Assembly: GCA_022837635.1 (NCBI GenBank) | Contig: JALHFY010000001.1 | Span: 381,693 to 445,692, forward strand | Length of the DNA stretch: 64,000 bases | Direction: 5' to 3' | From: Candidatus Shapirobacteria bacterium | GTDB taxonomy: Bacteria > Patescibacteriota > Microgenomatia > UBA12405 | Shown: in pieces, positions 43,803-53,490 of the stretch | How positions within the stretch are numbered: the stretch's first letter is position 1 | How the letters are laid out: every line of letters starts with the position of its first letter | Made by a program: the position numbers and the translations under genes | Notes under the pieces: generated by a model | Databases searched by the model: none | Told to the model about the DNA's origin: nothing | The model's input: only the letters and a program-made list of their open reading frames with translations

Positions 43803-44216
43803 TTACCGCTTTGGAGACTGTTTTTGGCGACGAGCTTTACCACCGGTACCAACCATACGTCTTTCTCTAACTCGGGAATCGACTGTAAGTAGACCAGCCT
43901 GAGATAAGAGAGAAGTATAATTGGCATCTTTTTTCTTGAGAGCACGGGCTAAAGCTAAAAGTAAAGCTTCTAATTGACCATTTTTACCACCACCAATAAT
44001 TTTGGCGGTGTAATGAAACTTGTCTTCAGTTTTAGTCACAGCAAAGGGTTGATTTAAGAGAGCAAAAGTAGTTGGAAAATAATTTTGAGGACTACGACCG
44101 TTGATAAGAGACTCCCCTTTTCGATTAAAAAGTTTGACAGTAGCTACCGCGGCTTTACGACGACCAAGAGCGTAAATATAAGTAGCAGTGGATTTAGAAG
44201 AAGGAGTTTTTGCCAT
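43803..44216 (-). CDS. rpsI: 30S ribosomal protein S9
   Basis: The C-terminal GGKARRQKQSPKR is typical of S9. Confidence 0.9.
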   Translation of the reverse strand: MAKTPSSKSTATYIYALGRRKAAVATVKLFNRKGESLINGRSPQNYFPTTFALLNQPFAVTKTEDKFHYTAKIIGGGKNGQLEALLLALARALKKKDANYTSLLSQAGLLTVDSRVRERRMVGTGGKARRQKQSPKR

Positions 44217-44218
44217 AA

Positions 44219-44641
44219 TTATTTACCTATTTTATCAGCATATTTATGATTGCTGTCTGTAAAAACACGGAGACGAGTAAGACGGGTATCTCGGAGTTTA
44301 TTTTTAGGCAACATACCATAAACTGCTAACTTAATAACTCGACGAGGATCTTTTTGCATTAATTCTTTTAAGGTTAATGATCTAAGATTACCGGCATAAC
44401 CGGTGTGACGATAATAAACTTTTTGTTTGAGTTTTTTACCAGTGACTACCAACTCAGCGGCATTGATAGCCACGACATAATCACCATCGTCGCGATGATA
44501 AGAAAAACTGGGGTTGTTTTTACCCATCAAAATAGCGGCAATTTCAGTGGCGGCACGACCGAGAGTCTTGCCAGAGAGGTCAAAAAGTATCCAATTTCTT
44601 TTGACTTGATTGCCAGTGGTAACAGTAGTTTTAGCTTTCAT
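44219..44641 (-). CDS. rplM: 50S ribosomal protein L13
   Basis: RNWILFDLSGKTLGRAATEIAAILMGK. Confidence 0.9.
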   Translation of the reverse strand: MKAKTTVTTGNQVKRNWILFDLSGKTLGRAATEIAAILMGKNNPSFSYHRDDGDYVVAINAAELVVTGKKLKQKVYYRHTGYAGNLRSLTLKELMQKDPRRVIKLAVYGMLPKNKLRDTRLTRLRVFTDSNHKYADKIGK

Positions 44642-45145
44642 TTACTTCGATTTTTTAACTGTTTTTTTAACGGTGGGTTTTTTAGGAGGAGTTTTTTTAG
44701 TAGAAGTTTTTTTGGCAGGGGTTTTGCGAATAAATTTAGAGTGAGCTGGGGTTTTTTCGGAATTATTGTCGGCTAATTTTTTGAGATCAAAAGCTTGATT
44801 AAAACTCAGTTTGACAATCAAAGCATCATCACCTTGACGAAACTTTACCTTTTGAAGACGGGTAAAGTTTTGAGTTTGTCCGGCAAACTGATTTTTAAAG
44901 ATGGAAATAGTTCGACTAACAAAATTTTTATCTTGGAAAATGTTAAATAATTCTCGATGAGCTCGAAGATCACCGACGACTGCACTGGCAGCCAGTTTTT
45001 CGGCTTGAGGAATAATAGATTTAGCTTTGGCTTGAGTAGTTTGGATAGAACCATGAGTAAATAAACTCCGAAGCAGAGTTTTGAAAAGGGCTTGACGTTG
45101 ATTGGTGTTTCGGCCTAATTTACGACCGGAAACGCGATGCTTCAT
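44642..45145 (-). CDS. rplQ: 50S ribosomal protein L17 with Lys-rich C-terminal extension
   Basis: MKHRVSGRKLGRNTNQRQALFKTLLRSLFTHG, plus a KTPAKKTSTKKTPPKKPTVKKTVKKSK tail. Confidence 0.85.
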   Translation of the reverse strand: MKHRVSGRKLGRNTNQRQALFKTLLRSLFTHGSIQTTQAKAKSIIPQAEKLAASAVVGDLRAHRELFNIFQDKNFVSRTISIFKNQFAGQTQNFTRLQKVKFRQGDDALIVKLSFNQAFDLKKLADNNSEKTPAHSKFIRKTPAKKTSTKKTPPKKPTVKKTVKKSK

Positions 45146-45151
45146 AGTAGT

Positions 45152-46105
45152 TTATTTATTCCAAGGATAACCCTTATCTTTAAGCCAAGAATCAATAATT
45201 TTTAGGGATTTTTCGCCGACATTTTTAGCCTTACTAACTTCAACTCGGCCGGCCTTAAAGAGGTGATCAATAGTCGGATAACCAGCCTTTTTCAAAGCAT
45301 TAGTAACTCTGAGAGGTAATTCAATTTCTTCGACAGAAATTTCCGCTAGTTGATTGATAGGTGAAGATTCTAAAGTAATAACTTCGTCGGTGAATTCCCG
45401 AGTATCGACAATCTGATTGAGAGCATTAATTAAATCTTTAGCAGCAAGTTTGAGAGCATCCATAGGAGCAACTGAAGCATCAGTCCAGATTTCCATGGTT
45501 AATTTGTCATAATTACTCTTTTTACCTAAGCGAGTAGGTTCAACTGTGTAGTTAGCTTTTAGAACTGGAGTAAAAGTAGCATCAAGAATAATTTCGCCAA
45601 CAACATCGGTTTTTTGCTCACGAGCCATGGTATAGCCGACTCCCCTCTCAACAGTCATTTCGATATGTAAATGGGCCTTAGGATCGGTTAAAGTAGCAAT
45701 GATTTGGTCGGGATTGGTAACTTTACAAACAGTAGAATCGGCAATATCACCGGCAGTCACTATCCCTTTACCTTTTTTATCTAAAATAAGAGTAACCGGA
45801 TCTTCTTTGGCATAATTAAATTTGATTTTTTTAAGATTAAGTGAAACTTCGATAAGATCTTCTTTAATTCCAGGTAAGGTAGTAAAAAGATGGTTGGCAC
45901 CATCGATTCTGATACGAGTAATCGCCGCACCGGGAATGGTAATTAAGAGAATCCGACGCAAACTATTGCCTAAAGTATGACCTAAACCTCCAACCAGAGG
46001 GCTGAGTTCATATTTGCCATAAGTGGCAGACTCTTTAATGGTTTTAATATGGAATCGGCTGGTGTCGATCATGTTTGTCTCCTTTTTAACGGGAATAATA
46101 TTCAA
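45152..46105 (-). CDS. rpoA: DNA-directed RNA polymerase alpha subunit
   Basis: N-terminal dimerisation domain (YGKYELSPLVGGLGHTLGNSLRRILL) and a C-terminal alpha-CTD. Confidence 0.9.
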   Translation of the reverse strand: MNIIPVKKETNMIDTSRFHIKTIKESATYGKYELSPLVGGLGHTLGNSLRRILLITIPGAAITRIRIDGANHLFTTLPGIKEDLIEVSLNLKKIKFNYAKEDPVTLILDKKGKGIVTAGDIADSTVCKVTNPDQIIATLTDPKAHLHIEMTVERGVGYTMAREQKTDVVGEIILDATFTPVLKANYTVEPTRLGKKSNYDKLTMEIWTDASVAPMDALKLAAKDLINALNQIVDTREFTDEVITLESSPINQLAEISVEEIELPLRVTNALKKAGYPTIDHLFKAGRVEVSKAKNVGEKSLKIIDSWLKDKGYPWNK

Positions 46106-46715
46106 TAATTAAATTAATATCGATTCCGTTGTGATTGGAATCAATAATGGGAAGAGCTAGTAATTTAACTGAGTATTTACCTTTGTCAAGGTCTAGCCAC
46201 TCAGGAGCTTGAAAATCTTTGTCGGCGGCCCGGAGGGTCTCACCGATATTTTTGGCAATTTTTTCTTTAAGAGAAATAACATCACCAACTTGAACAGAGT
46301 AAGAAGGGATGTTTAAGACTTTGTTGTTAACTAAAATGTTTTTATGACTCACTAAAGAGCGGGCATGACTTCGAGAAAGAGATAAACCCGATAAATAGAC
46401 AATATTATCAAGTCTTCTTTCAACCAAAATCATTAAGTTCTCACCCACTTGACCTTTTAATTTTTTAGCCTTGAGGTAATAATTTTTGAATGCAGTTTCG
46501 GTAACACCATAAATTCTTTTGGCTTTTTGCTTGGCCCGAAGCTGAAGACCATAGTCAGTCAATTTACCAGCTCTTTTTTGGCCGTGCACTCCAGGACGAA
46601 TGGCACCTTTTCTTTCAAAGGGGCATTTGGCGGAAAAACAACGATCACCTTTAAGGTAGAGTTTGACTCCCTCGGTGCGACAAAGACGACATTTTTTATC
46701 TAAAGTAGGACGCAT
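46086..46715 (-). CDS. rpsD: 30S ribosomal protein S4
   Basis: N-terminal CRLCRTEG ... CFSAKCP zinc ribbon and an S4 domain. Confidence 0.9.
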   Translation of the reverse strand: MRPTLDKKCRLCRTEGVKLYLKGDRCFSAKCPFERKGAIRPGVHGQKRAGKLTDYGLQLRAKQKAKRIYGVTETAFKNYYLKAKKLKGQVGENLMILVERRLDNIVYLSGLSLSRSHARSLVSHKNILVNNKVLNIPSYSVQVGDVISLKEKIAKNIGETLRAADKDFQAPEWLDLDKGKYSVKLLALPIIDSNHNGIDINLIIEYYSR

Positions 46716-46720
46716 ATAGT

Positions 46721-47110
46721 TTAGACCCGACGGGCTTTAGGCGGGCGAGGGCCATTGTGAGGAGTTGGGGTAAGATCGGCGATTAGGTCGACATCATAGT
46801 CTCTTTTACTGCGAAGAAACCTGAGAGCAGCATCACGGCCGGTACCCGGACCTTTGAGATAAACTGATAATTTTTTAATACCATAAGGACGAGCCGCCTC
46901 TAGAGCTTTTTCAATGGCGGTAGTGGCCGCAAAAGGAGTTGATTTACGGGAACCCTTGAAACCGCACTGACCAGAAGAGGACCAGGAAAGAGTATTACCC
47001 TTGTCATCGGTAATAGTAACAATAGTGTTGTTGAAGGTTGATTGAACGTAGAGCCGAGCATCGGCAATACTTTTAATAACTTTTTTAGTTTTGCGAGTAG
47101 TGGTAGCCAT
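46721..47110 (-). CDS. rpsK: 30S ribosomal protein S11
   Basis: Conserved S11 core (TFNNTIVTITD ... GFKGSRKSTPFAA). Confidence 0.9.
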   Translation of the reverse strand: MATTTRKTKKVIKSIADARLYVQSTFNNTIVTITDDKGNTLSWSSSGQCGFKGSRKSTPFAATTAIEKALEAARPYGIKKLSVYLKGPGTGRDAALRFLRSKRDYDVDLIADLTPTPHNGPRPPKARRV

Positions 47111-47113
47111 AGA

Positions 47114-47521
47114 TTATTTTTTGACAGCTTTTTGCTGACTTTCAATTTTTGCCCAAGCTTCCTTGGTAAGAGAGCCAACAGTTTTCTTCTTACCTTTGCG
47201 GGTACGGGCATTGGATTTGGTTCTTTGACCGCGAGTGGGTAAAGAAACCATGTGACGAACTCCGCGATAACATTTAATAGCTTTCAAACGGTCAATGTTT
47301 TCACGAATTTCTCTTTTGAGATCACCTTCGGTTTGAAAATCTTCCAAAGCTTTCATGAGATTACTGACATCATCTCTGGACAGTGATTTAATGCGAGTAT
47401 TAAGATTAATATTGGCTTTTTTAGCCAGTTGAATAACGTTTTTAGGACCAATACCGTAAAAACGGGTCAAGGCCACTTCAGCCCGCTCGTGATCTGGGAT
47501 ATCGACACCTGCAATTCTCAT
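47114..47521 (-). CDS. rpsM: 30S ribosomal protein S13
   Basis: MRIAGVDIP start; a C-terminal [10 protein letters not shown]. Confidence 0.9.
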   Translation of the reverse strand: MRIAGVDIPDHERAEVALTRFYGIGPKNVIQLAKKANINLNTRIKSLSRDDVSNLMKALEDFQTEGDLKREIRENIDRLKAIKCYRGVRHMVSLPTRGQRTKSNARTRKGKKKTVGSLTKEAWAKIESQQKAVKK

Positions 47522-47526
47522 GGATG

Positions 47527-47640
47527 TTACCCTTGTTTTTGGGTATGTCTTTTGGTGGAACAAATAACACGTCGAACACCCCGCCGAATGACGATTTTGC
47601 AGTTTTTACAGCGGCGTTTTACGCTCGACTTGACTTTCAT
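47527..47640 (-). CDS. rpmJ: 50S ribosomal protein L36
   Basis: Hand-translated to [37 protein letters not shown], with the C-x2-C ... C ... H zinc ribbon. Too short for the ORF track. Confidence 0.85.
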   Translation of the reverse strand: MKVKSSVKRRCKNCKIVIRRGVRRVICSTKRHTQKQG

Positions 47641-47703
47641 AGACTTTGAACTTTGGTATTTTACCCTAATCTATTCGAAATATCAAAGGGTAAATGGTAT
47701 TTT

Positions 47704-47913
47704 TTAACCCCGATAAACGATGCGACCTTTTTGACCGTCCGGAGATAAAACTAAAGAGACATTGTCGCCTGCTAGACAACGAATGTGATTGATCTTAAGT
47801 TTACCAGCCAGGTAACAAACGATTTCGCGGCCATCGTCGGCCAATTTGACTCTAAAAAGCTGGTCAGGCAGGACTTCGGTGACAACACCTTTGACTTGTG
47901 GTTCTTTTGCCAT
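47704..47913 (-). CDS. infA: Translation initiation factor IF-1
   Basis: S1-like OB fold; GVVTEVLPDQLFRVKLADDGREIVCYLAGKLK. Confidence 0.9.
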   Translation of the reverse strand: MAKEPQVKGVVTEVLPDQLFRVKLADDGREIVCYLAGKLKINHIRCLAGDNVSLVLSPDGQKGRIVYRG

Positions 47914-47934
47914 TTTTAATTAATTAATAATATT

Positions 47935-48513
47935 TTATTCTAAAGTACTAATTTTTTGATCAATATCGGCAAAAATAGGTTCGATGGGGCGGTTGCCATC
48001 AACTCTGAACAAAAGGTTTTTAGAAGCAAAATAGTTCATAATAGCATCATTGTTGTCGTCGTAGAATTTTTGACGAGCAGCCATAGCTTCGGGAGTGTTG
48101 TCGGTGCGCTCTTTATCTTGGAATTCGATACCCATTTTGGCGCGACGAGCACTGATTTCTTCAAAAGTAACATCAAGGTGAATAATCAAATCTAGGGGTT
48201 GTTTTTGTTGTTGTAAAAAATTTTCAATATATTGACCTTGACTCAGCATGCGAGGAAAACCGTCGATAATAAAATTTTGATAATTAATTTTGGCCAGATT
48301 GGTAGTTAAAATTTCATAGACAACTTCATCGGGAACCAGGTTGCCATTATCGATAAAAGATTTAGCTTTAAGACCAATGTCCGATTTAACAGCAATTTCA
48401 TTGCGCAACAATTGTCCTGTAGAAAAATGAGTTAAATTATATTTTTGAGCAATGAGTTTGGCTTGGGTTGATTTACCACAACCACTAGGACCAATAATAA
48501 AAAGATTCAACAT
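47935..48513 (-). CDS. adk: Adenylate kinase
   Basis: P-loop GPSGCGKST and a LID region. Start trimmed to MLNLFIIG. Confidence 0.9.
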   Translation of the reverse strand: MLNLFIIGPSGCGKSTQAKLIAQKYNLTHFSTGQLLRNEIAVKSDIGLKAKSFIDNGNLVPDEVVYEILTTNLAKINYQNFIIDGFPRMLSQGQYIENFLQQQKQPLDLIIHLDVTFEEISARRAKMGIEFQDKERTDNTPEAMAARQKFYDDNNDAIMNYFASKNLLFRVDGNRPIEPIFADIDQKISTLE

Positions 48514-48965
48514 GTAAAACCCTTTGTCCCTGCGGGACATTTCCCTTCAAAAGGGCAATTTTTAATCTTTATTTCTTGACAACGGAGGTTGATAGCTGAT
48601 TTTATCTCAATAGCGACTTGATTTAAATTATTCAAAACTTGGTCATTAGAAAAACGGATAGTTTTAATACCTAAAGAGCTAAGCATTAAATCACGATTAT
48701 GATCATGTTTTTGGATATCTTGATGATATTCACCATCTATTTCGATGGCCAGCAGTAGTTTGGGGGAATAAAAATCAAGAATAAATTGGGTAATTGGTTT
48801 TTGTCGTAAAAAACGAAAACCGCTTTGACGATTTTTTAAAAGTGTATTCCAGACAAGTGCTTCAGCCGGAGTAAGCCGGTTACGGTTTTGACGAGACAAC
48901 GAGGTAAGCTGGTGAAAATAAGGATTGTGACCTTTTTTAGTTAAAATTTGTTTTATATTTTTCAT
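48507..48965 (-). CDS. DUF559 (Vsr-like endonuclease fold) domain protein
   Basis: FILDFYSPKLLLAIEIDGEYH ... RDLMLSSLGIKTIRFSN matches the DUF559 signature. The C-terminal tail is encoded by hairpin sequence. Confidence 0.55.
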   Translation of the reverse strand: MKNIKQILTKKGHNPYFHQLTSLSRQNRNRLTPAEALVWNTLLKNRQSGFRFLRQKPITQFILDFYSPKLLLAIEIDGEYHQDIQKHDHNRDLMLSSLGIKTIRFSNDQVLNNLNQVAIEIKSAINLRCQEIKIKNCPFEGKCPAGTKGFTC

Positions 48966-49012
48966 AAAATTCCCCTTTTGAAGGGGAAAACCGCTGTTAA
49001 GCGGAAGGGGTT

Positions 49013-50293
49013 TTAATATGTTAGTTTATCGTAATTATACATTTGAACAGCGTTTTCAATCTTGCGGTGAAGCTCAAGAATAACCGAAACAACGATTAAA
49101 ACTGAGGTTCCGCCAATGGTTAAAGAAGAAATACCAGTAGCTTTTTGAATCAAGGCAGGTAAAACCGCAATTAGAGCCAAAAAGAAGGCGCCAATAAAAA
49201 CAACCCGATAAAGAACGTATTCCAATCTCTTTTCGGTGGCAGTACCGGGACGGATACCGGGAATAAAACCGCCAGATTTACGTAATTCTTCAGCCACATC
49301 TTTGGGTTTGAAAACAACAGTAGAATAGAAAAAAGTAAAGGCAATGACTAAGAGAAAATAACTAATCAGATAAATAAAGGAAGTACTAGCAAAGGTGGTA
49401 GTCAGCCAGCGAGCAAAAGAGGCTAAACCAGGCTTGGAAGAACGAAGTAAAGCTTGACCTATTAGTGAAGGCAATGAGACCAAAGAAACAGCAAAGATAA
49501 TCGGCATGACACCGGAAACATTAATTTTAATGGGAAGATAGGTAGTTTGGGCTCTTTTGGCATAGGAAATAGGAATACGATAAACAGCTTCTTCAACAGT
49601 CACCACTGCAAAAACAATAGCAAAAGCGACGGCCATAAAGAGAATTAAGTTAAAAAGAGTTTGAGGATTGGAAAAATCAGCTAAAACTAATGATTGATAA
49701 ACAGAAATAGGTAAACGAGAGATGATACCGGCAAAAATCATAACAGAAATACCGTTACCAATACCATAATCATTAATTAATTCCCCTAAAAAGATCATAA
49801 GCATGGTACCAGTAACCATACTGACTACAAGAGCTAAAATGGTCAGAGGAGAATTGGTCAGAATAATGTTTTGAGATTTAAGGATACCGTACATGGCAAA
49901 AGACTGTAAAATGGCCAAAGGAATGGTGATTATGAGAGTATAACGTTCTAGCTTAGCTCGACCATATTCCCCTTCTTTTTGCAGTTCTTTAAGTTCTGGA
50001 ATAACAAAGGCTAAAATTTGCAACATAATCGAGGCATTAATATAAGGATTAAGGCCCAAAGCAGCCACAGAAAAATTGGCTAAGGTACCACCGGAAAAAA
50101 TATCCAAGAGAGACAGAAGTTGATTTTGAGAAAAGAAAGATTTGAGCAGGGCAGTATTTACCCCAGGAACAGGAACGTGAGCAACGAAGCGGAAAAAAAT
50201 TAAAATAAGCAGAGTAAAGAGAATTTTTTTACGAAGATTTGAGGCTCGAACTGCTTCACGATAAAGAGATAAGGCGCGAAAAAAACGATTCAT
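49013..50293 (-). CDS. secY: Preprotein translocase SecY
   Basis: 426 aa, 10 TM, conserved SecY blocks. Confidence 0.95.
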   Translation of the reverse strand: MNRFFRALSLYREAVRASNLRKKILFTLLILIFFRFVAHVPVPGVNTALLKSFFSQNQLLSLLDIFSGGTLANFSVAALGLNPYINASIMLQILAFVIPELKELQKEGEYGRAKLERYTLIITIPLAILQSFAMYGILKSQNIILTNSPLTILALVVSMVTGTMLMIFLGELINDYGIGNGISVMIFAGIISRLPISVYQSLVLADFSNPQTLFNLILFMAVAFAIVFAVVTVEEAVYRIPISYAKRAQTTYLPIKINVSGVMPIIFAVSLVSLPSLIGQALLRSSKPGLASFARWLTTTFASTSFIYLISYFLLVIAFTFFYSTVVFKPKDVAEELRKSGGFIPGIRPGTATEKRLEYVLYRVVFIGAFFLALIAVLPALIQKATGISSLTIGGTSVLIVVSVILELHRKIENAVQMYNYDKLTY

Positions 50294-50748
50294 GATTCTA
50301 TCTTACCACCTAGAGAAAGAATTTTTTGATGAGCTGATTCAGAAAATTTAAGACCTTTGAAATTAAGTTTTTTAGTGAGAGTACCGGTAGCTAAAACTTT
50401 AATTTCTTTAGTCAAATCAACGGGAGTGTGTCGAGAAACTTTTTCAAAAATAGCTTTGGAATCAACAGTATCGCCATTTTTAAACCAACTTTCCAATTGA
50501 GTGAAAGTAACGGGATAAATTTTATTTTTAGGTAAAACACGATGTTTACCTCTCAGAAAAGGTAATCTTTTGAGCCAGGATTTTTTAATTTTAGTACCAT
50601 CAAAAGTGAGTTTGCTTTTACCGCGAGCAGTGTCTCCCTTAGCGCCACGGCCAGTAGTGTGACCACCGACTCCAGAACCAATACCCCGACCTCGACGTCT
50701 GGCCGATTTTTGGGTGGTTTTTGGAAGATTAGAAAGAATGTTGTCCAT
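50290..50748 (-). CDS. rplO: 50S ribosomal protein L15
   Basis: RRGRGIGSGVGGHTTGRGAKG. Confidence 0.9.
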   Translation of the reverse strand: MDNILSNLPKTTQKSARRRGRGIGSGVGGHTTGRGAKGDTARGKSKLTFDGTKIKKSWLKRLPFLRGKHRVLPKNKIYPVTFTQLESWFKNGDTVDSKAIFEKVSRHTPVDLTKEIKVLATGTLTKKLNFKGLKFSESAHQKILSLGGKIES

Positions 50749-51231
50749 TTATTTAAGAGTTTTAAGGGCGGCGAGAGTAGCCCAAACATTAATTGATTTG
50801 TTTTTAGAACCAATAATTTTACTAGTGATATCCTTGATACCAGCCAATTCAACCACAGCTCGGACCGGTCCACCAGCAATCAAACCACTACCTGGTTTAC
50901 CAGGGCGAAGTAAGACCAAAGCCCCTTTGAATTTAAGAGTAACTTCATCAGTAATAGTGCCGTCAACAATAGGGATTTCGACTAAGGATTTACGACCACG
51001 ATTAATGGCTTTTTGAATAGCATCAGCCACACTTTTAGCTCGACCATGACCAACGCCAACTCGACCTTTTTTGTCACCAGTAACGACCAGAGCGGTAAAG
51101 GAAACCTGATTACCACCCTTGGTTTTTTTGGAGACACGTTTGACTTGAACGACTTTATCAGTAAATTCAGGAATGATTTTTTCTTCGACTTGAGGATCCA
51201 TATTAAAATTTAAGACCAGCGGCTCTAGCAC
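50749..51231 (-). CDS. rpsE: 30S ribosomal protein S5
   Basis: [27 protein letters not shown] ... [13 protein letters not shown]. Confidence 0.9.
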   Translation of the reverse strand: MLEPLVLNFNMDPQVEEKIIPEFTDKVVQVKRVSKKTKGGNQVSFTALVVTGDKKGRVGVGHGRAKSVADAIQKAINRGRKSLVEIPIVDGTITDEVTLKFKGALVLLRPGKPGSGLIAGGPVRAVVELAGIKDITSKIIGSKNKSINVWATLAALKTLK

Positions 51232-51547
51232 CTTCAGCCAGGGCTTTTACCCGACCTTGGTAGCGGTAAAGACCGCGATCAAATCTAACTAAAGTAACTT
51301 TTTTATCTAAGGCTAGTTTAGCAATAGCTTCACCGACAGCTTTGGCCTGATCACTTTTGGTCCCCTTCTTTTTAAGAGTTTTACTTGAAGTAGAGGCTAA
51401 AGTTTTACCATGCTGGTCATCGATAATCTGAGCCCAAATATGACAATTGCTACGAAAAACGGAAAGACGGGGTAAGCCTAAGTTTTGAGATAGTTTACCG
51501 CGAACACGACGGAGACGACGGAGTTTGGTGTCAGTAGTGATTTTCAT
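51203..51547 (-). CDS. rplR: 50S ribosomal protein L18
   Basis: [10 protein letters not shown] ... [17 protein letters not shown]. Confidence 0.9.
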   Translation of the reverse strand: MKITTDTKLRRLRRVRGKLSQNLGLPRLSVFRSNCHIWAQIIDDQHGKTLASTSSKTLKKKGTKSDQAKAVGEAIAKLALDKKVTLVRFDRGLYRYQGRVKALAEGARAAGLKF

Positions 51548-51548
51548 A

Positions 51549-52088
51549 TTAGGCTTTGGCGGTTTTACCAGCTTTTAACTTAATAAATTCATCAACATAA
51601 CGAACACCCTTGCCTTTGTATGGCTCAGGAGTGCGGATTTTTCTAATATTGCTGGCAATTTGACCAACAACTTCTTTGTCGGCACCGGAAACGGTGATTT
51701 TACTTTCTTCGGCGACAGTAATAGTAATACCGTCGGGGGCAGTAATATAAACTGGGTGAATGTAACCGGCTAAAACAGTCAGTTTATTACCATCAACACT
51801 GGCTTTGTAACCGGTACCACGAACTTCCAATTCTTTACTCCAAGGAGTTTCCACTCCGGTAATCATATTTTGAAGATGAGCCCGAGCAGAACCATGATTA
51901 GATCGGGTTTGTTTATCTTCGGACATGCGAGTAAGAATAATTTGTCCGTCATTAATTTTAGCTTCAATTTTAGGAGGCAAAGTATAAGTTAAAGTGCCTT
52001 TAGGTCCGGTGATAGTAAGTGTCTTTTTCTCAAGGGTGACAGTGACAGCTTCGGGGATAGTGATGGGGAGACGACCAATGCGAGACAT
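51549..52088 (-). CDS. rplF: 50S ribosomal protein L6
   Basis: [17 protein letters not shown] and a two-domain L6 pattern. Confidence 0.9.
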   Translation of the reverse strand: MSRIGRLPITIPEAVTVTLEKKTLTITGPKGTLTYTLPPKIEAKINDGQIILTRMSEDKQTRSNHGSARAHLQNMITGVETPWSKELEVRGTGYKASVDGNKLTVLAGYIHPVYITAPDGITITVAEESKITVSGADKEVVGQIASNIRKIRTPEPYKGKGVRYVDEFIKLKAGKTAKA

Positions 52089-52089
52089 A

Positions 52090-52458
52090 TTACCAAATTT
52101 CGGCGATTAACTCACCACCTAGCTTTTTAGCGGCGGCTTCTTTTTGTGAAAGAAGGCCGGAAGAGCTGGAAATAATAATTAACGAGCGAGGAGTTTTTCC
52201 CCAAGGAATGGAACTAGCGGCACAGTAAAGACGACGACCGGGACGAGATAAGATACGGATATCAAAAACATGAGGATCTTTAATGGTAATTTCTCTAGTC
52301 TGATCATCAACAGAAAAATCGCTGATAAATCCGTGTTTTTTAAGTTTTTCTAAGATGGCAACGGAAAATTTAGACAAGGGGGCAGTAATACTTTTACGAC
52401 CGGCACGACTGCCGTTTTTGATTCTAGTGAGTAAATCGCAGGAAAGTGAAGTAATCAT
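52090..52458 (-). CDS. rpsH: 30S ribosomal protein S8
   Basis: Start trimmed to MITSLSCDLLTRIKNG. Confidence 0.9.
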   Translation of the reverse strand: MITSLSCDLLTRIKNGSRAGRKSITAPLSKFSVAILEKLKKHGFISDFSVDDQTREITIKDPHVFDIRILSRPGRRLYCAASSIPWGKTPRSLIIISSSSGLLSQKEAAAKKLGGELIAEIW

Positions 52459-52462
52459 ATAT

Positions 52463-52648
52463 TTACCAACTGGCCTTTTTGACTCCCGGTAAGACACCAA
52501 GGTTGGCCAATTTTCTAAAACATAAACGACATAAACCAAATTGACGAATGTAAGAACGAGGACGACCGCAAATTTGACAACGATTGCGATAACGATTCTT
52601 AAATTTAAGTTTTTTAGTTTCTCTAATAATTTTTGCGTTAGTAGCCAT
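52463..52648 (-). CDS. rpsZ: 30S ribosomal protein S14 type Z (zinc-binding)
   Basis: 61 aa; [10 protein letters not shown] ... CRLCFR. Confidence 0.9.
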   Translation of the reverse strand: MATNAKIIRETKKLKFKNRYRNRCQICGRPRSYIRQFGLCRLCFRKLANLGVLPGVKKASW

Positions 52649-52650
52649 AA

Positions 52651-53187
52651 TTAGACAGTTTTCTCAAAGGGAAAACCCAGGGTTGATAATAACATTTTTG
52701 CGTCATCAATTGAAGAGGCCGAGATGCCTAAAGTGATTTGAACAGGACGGATTTTGTTAACAGCATTTAGGTCGACTTCGGAAAAATAAGTCTGATCGTG
52801 GATAGTGAGATTGTAATTACCAGCCTGATCAAAAGCGGTTAAAGGCATACCTTTGAAATCACGGAGACGAGGTAAAACTAAGTGAAAAAGTTTTTGTATA
52901 AAATCATACATTCGTTGACCTCTAAGAGTGACTTTATAAGCCATAGGTTCACCTTGACGTAATTTGAAGGAAGAAATGGCTTTTTTAGAGCGAGTTAACA
53001 TAGGTTTTTGGCCGGTAATAGCGATAATTTCTTTTTCAGCAGCTTCTAAAGCCTCTCTGGAATCACGACCTTGGGTTACCCGATAATTAATGACGACCTT
53101 GGTCATTTTGGGTAAAGCATTGGGGTTTTTATTGTCCAAAGCTTTGGCTAATTTAGTATTGATTTCTTTTAAGAAGGTTGAGTTCAT
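52651..53187 (-). CDS. rplE: 50S ribosomal protein L5
   Basis: Conserved L5 blocks ([14 protein letters not shown] ... [15 protein letters not shown]). Confidence 0.9.
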   Translation of the reverse strand: MNSTFLKEINTKLAKALDNKNPNALPKMTKVVINYRVTQGRDSREALEAAEKEIIAITGQKPMLTRSKKAISSFKLRQGEPMAYKVTLRGQRMYDFIQKLFHLVLPRLRDFKGMPLTAFDQAGNYNLTIHDQTYFSEVDLNAVNKIRPVQITLGISASSIDDAKMLLSTLGFPFEKTV

Positions 53188-53489
53188 AGTTGACTACCGC
53201 ATTTTTTACAAAGGCGGGATTTTTGACCGTTTTTGTCAATTGAATAAGCAACTCGAGTTTTTTTCTGACATTTAGGACATAAAAGCATAACTTTGGAGAC
53301 AGCTAATTTGCCTTCTTTTTCAATAATTTGGCCCTTTTGGCCTTGAGAGGGTTTCAGGTGTTTTTTGAAGATATTAAGACCTTGAACAATCACAGTTTTA
53401 GTCTTAGGGAAAACCTTAAGAACTTGGCCACTACGACCACGATCTTTACCTAAAATAACTTGGACTTTATCGCCTTTTTTGATTTTCAT
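53184..53489 (-). CDS. rplX: 50S ribosomal protein L24 with C-terminal C4 zinc-ribbon extension
   Basis: KOW motif MKIKKGDKVQVILGKDRGRSGQV, then CPKCQKK ... CKKCGSQL. Confidence 0.85.
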   Translation of the reverse strand: MKIKKGDKVQVILGKDRGRSGQVLKVFPKTKTVIVQGLNIFKKHLKPSQGQKGQIIEKEGKLAVSKVMLLCPKCQKKTRVAYSIDKNGQKSRLCKKCGSQL

Positions 53490-53490
53490 G

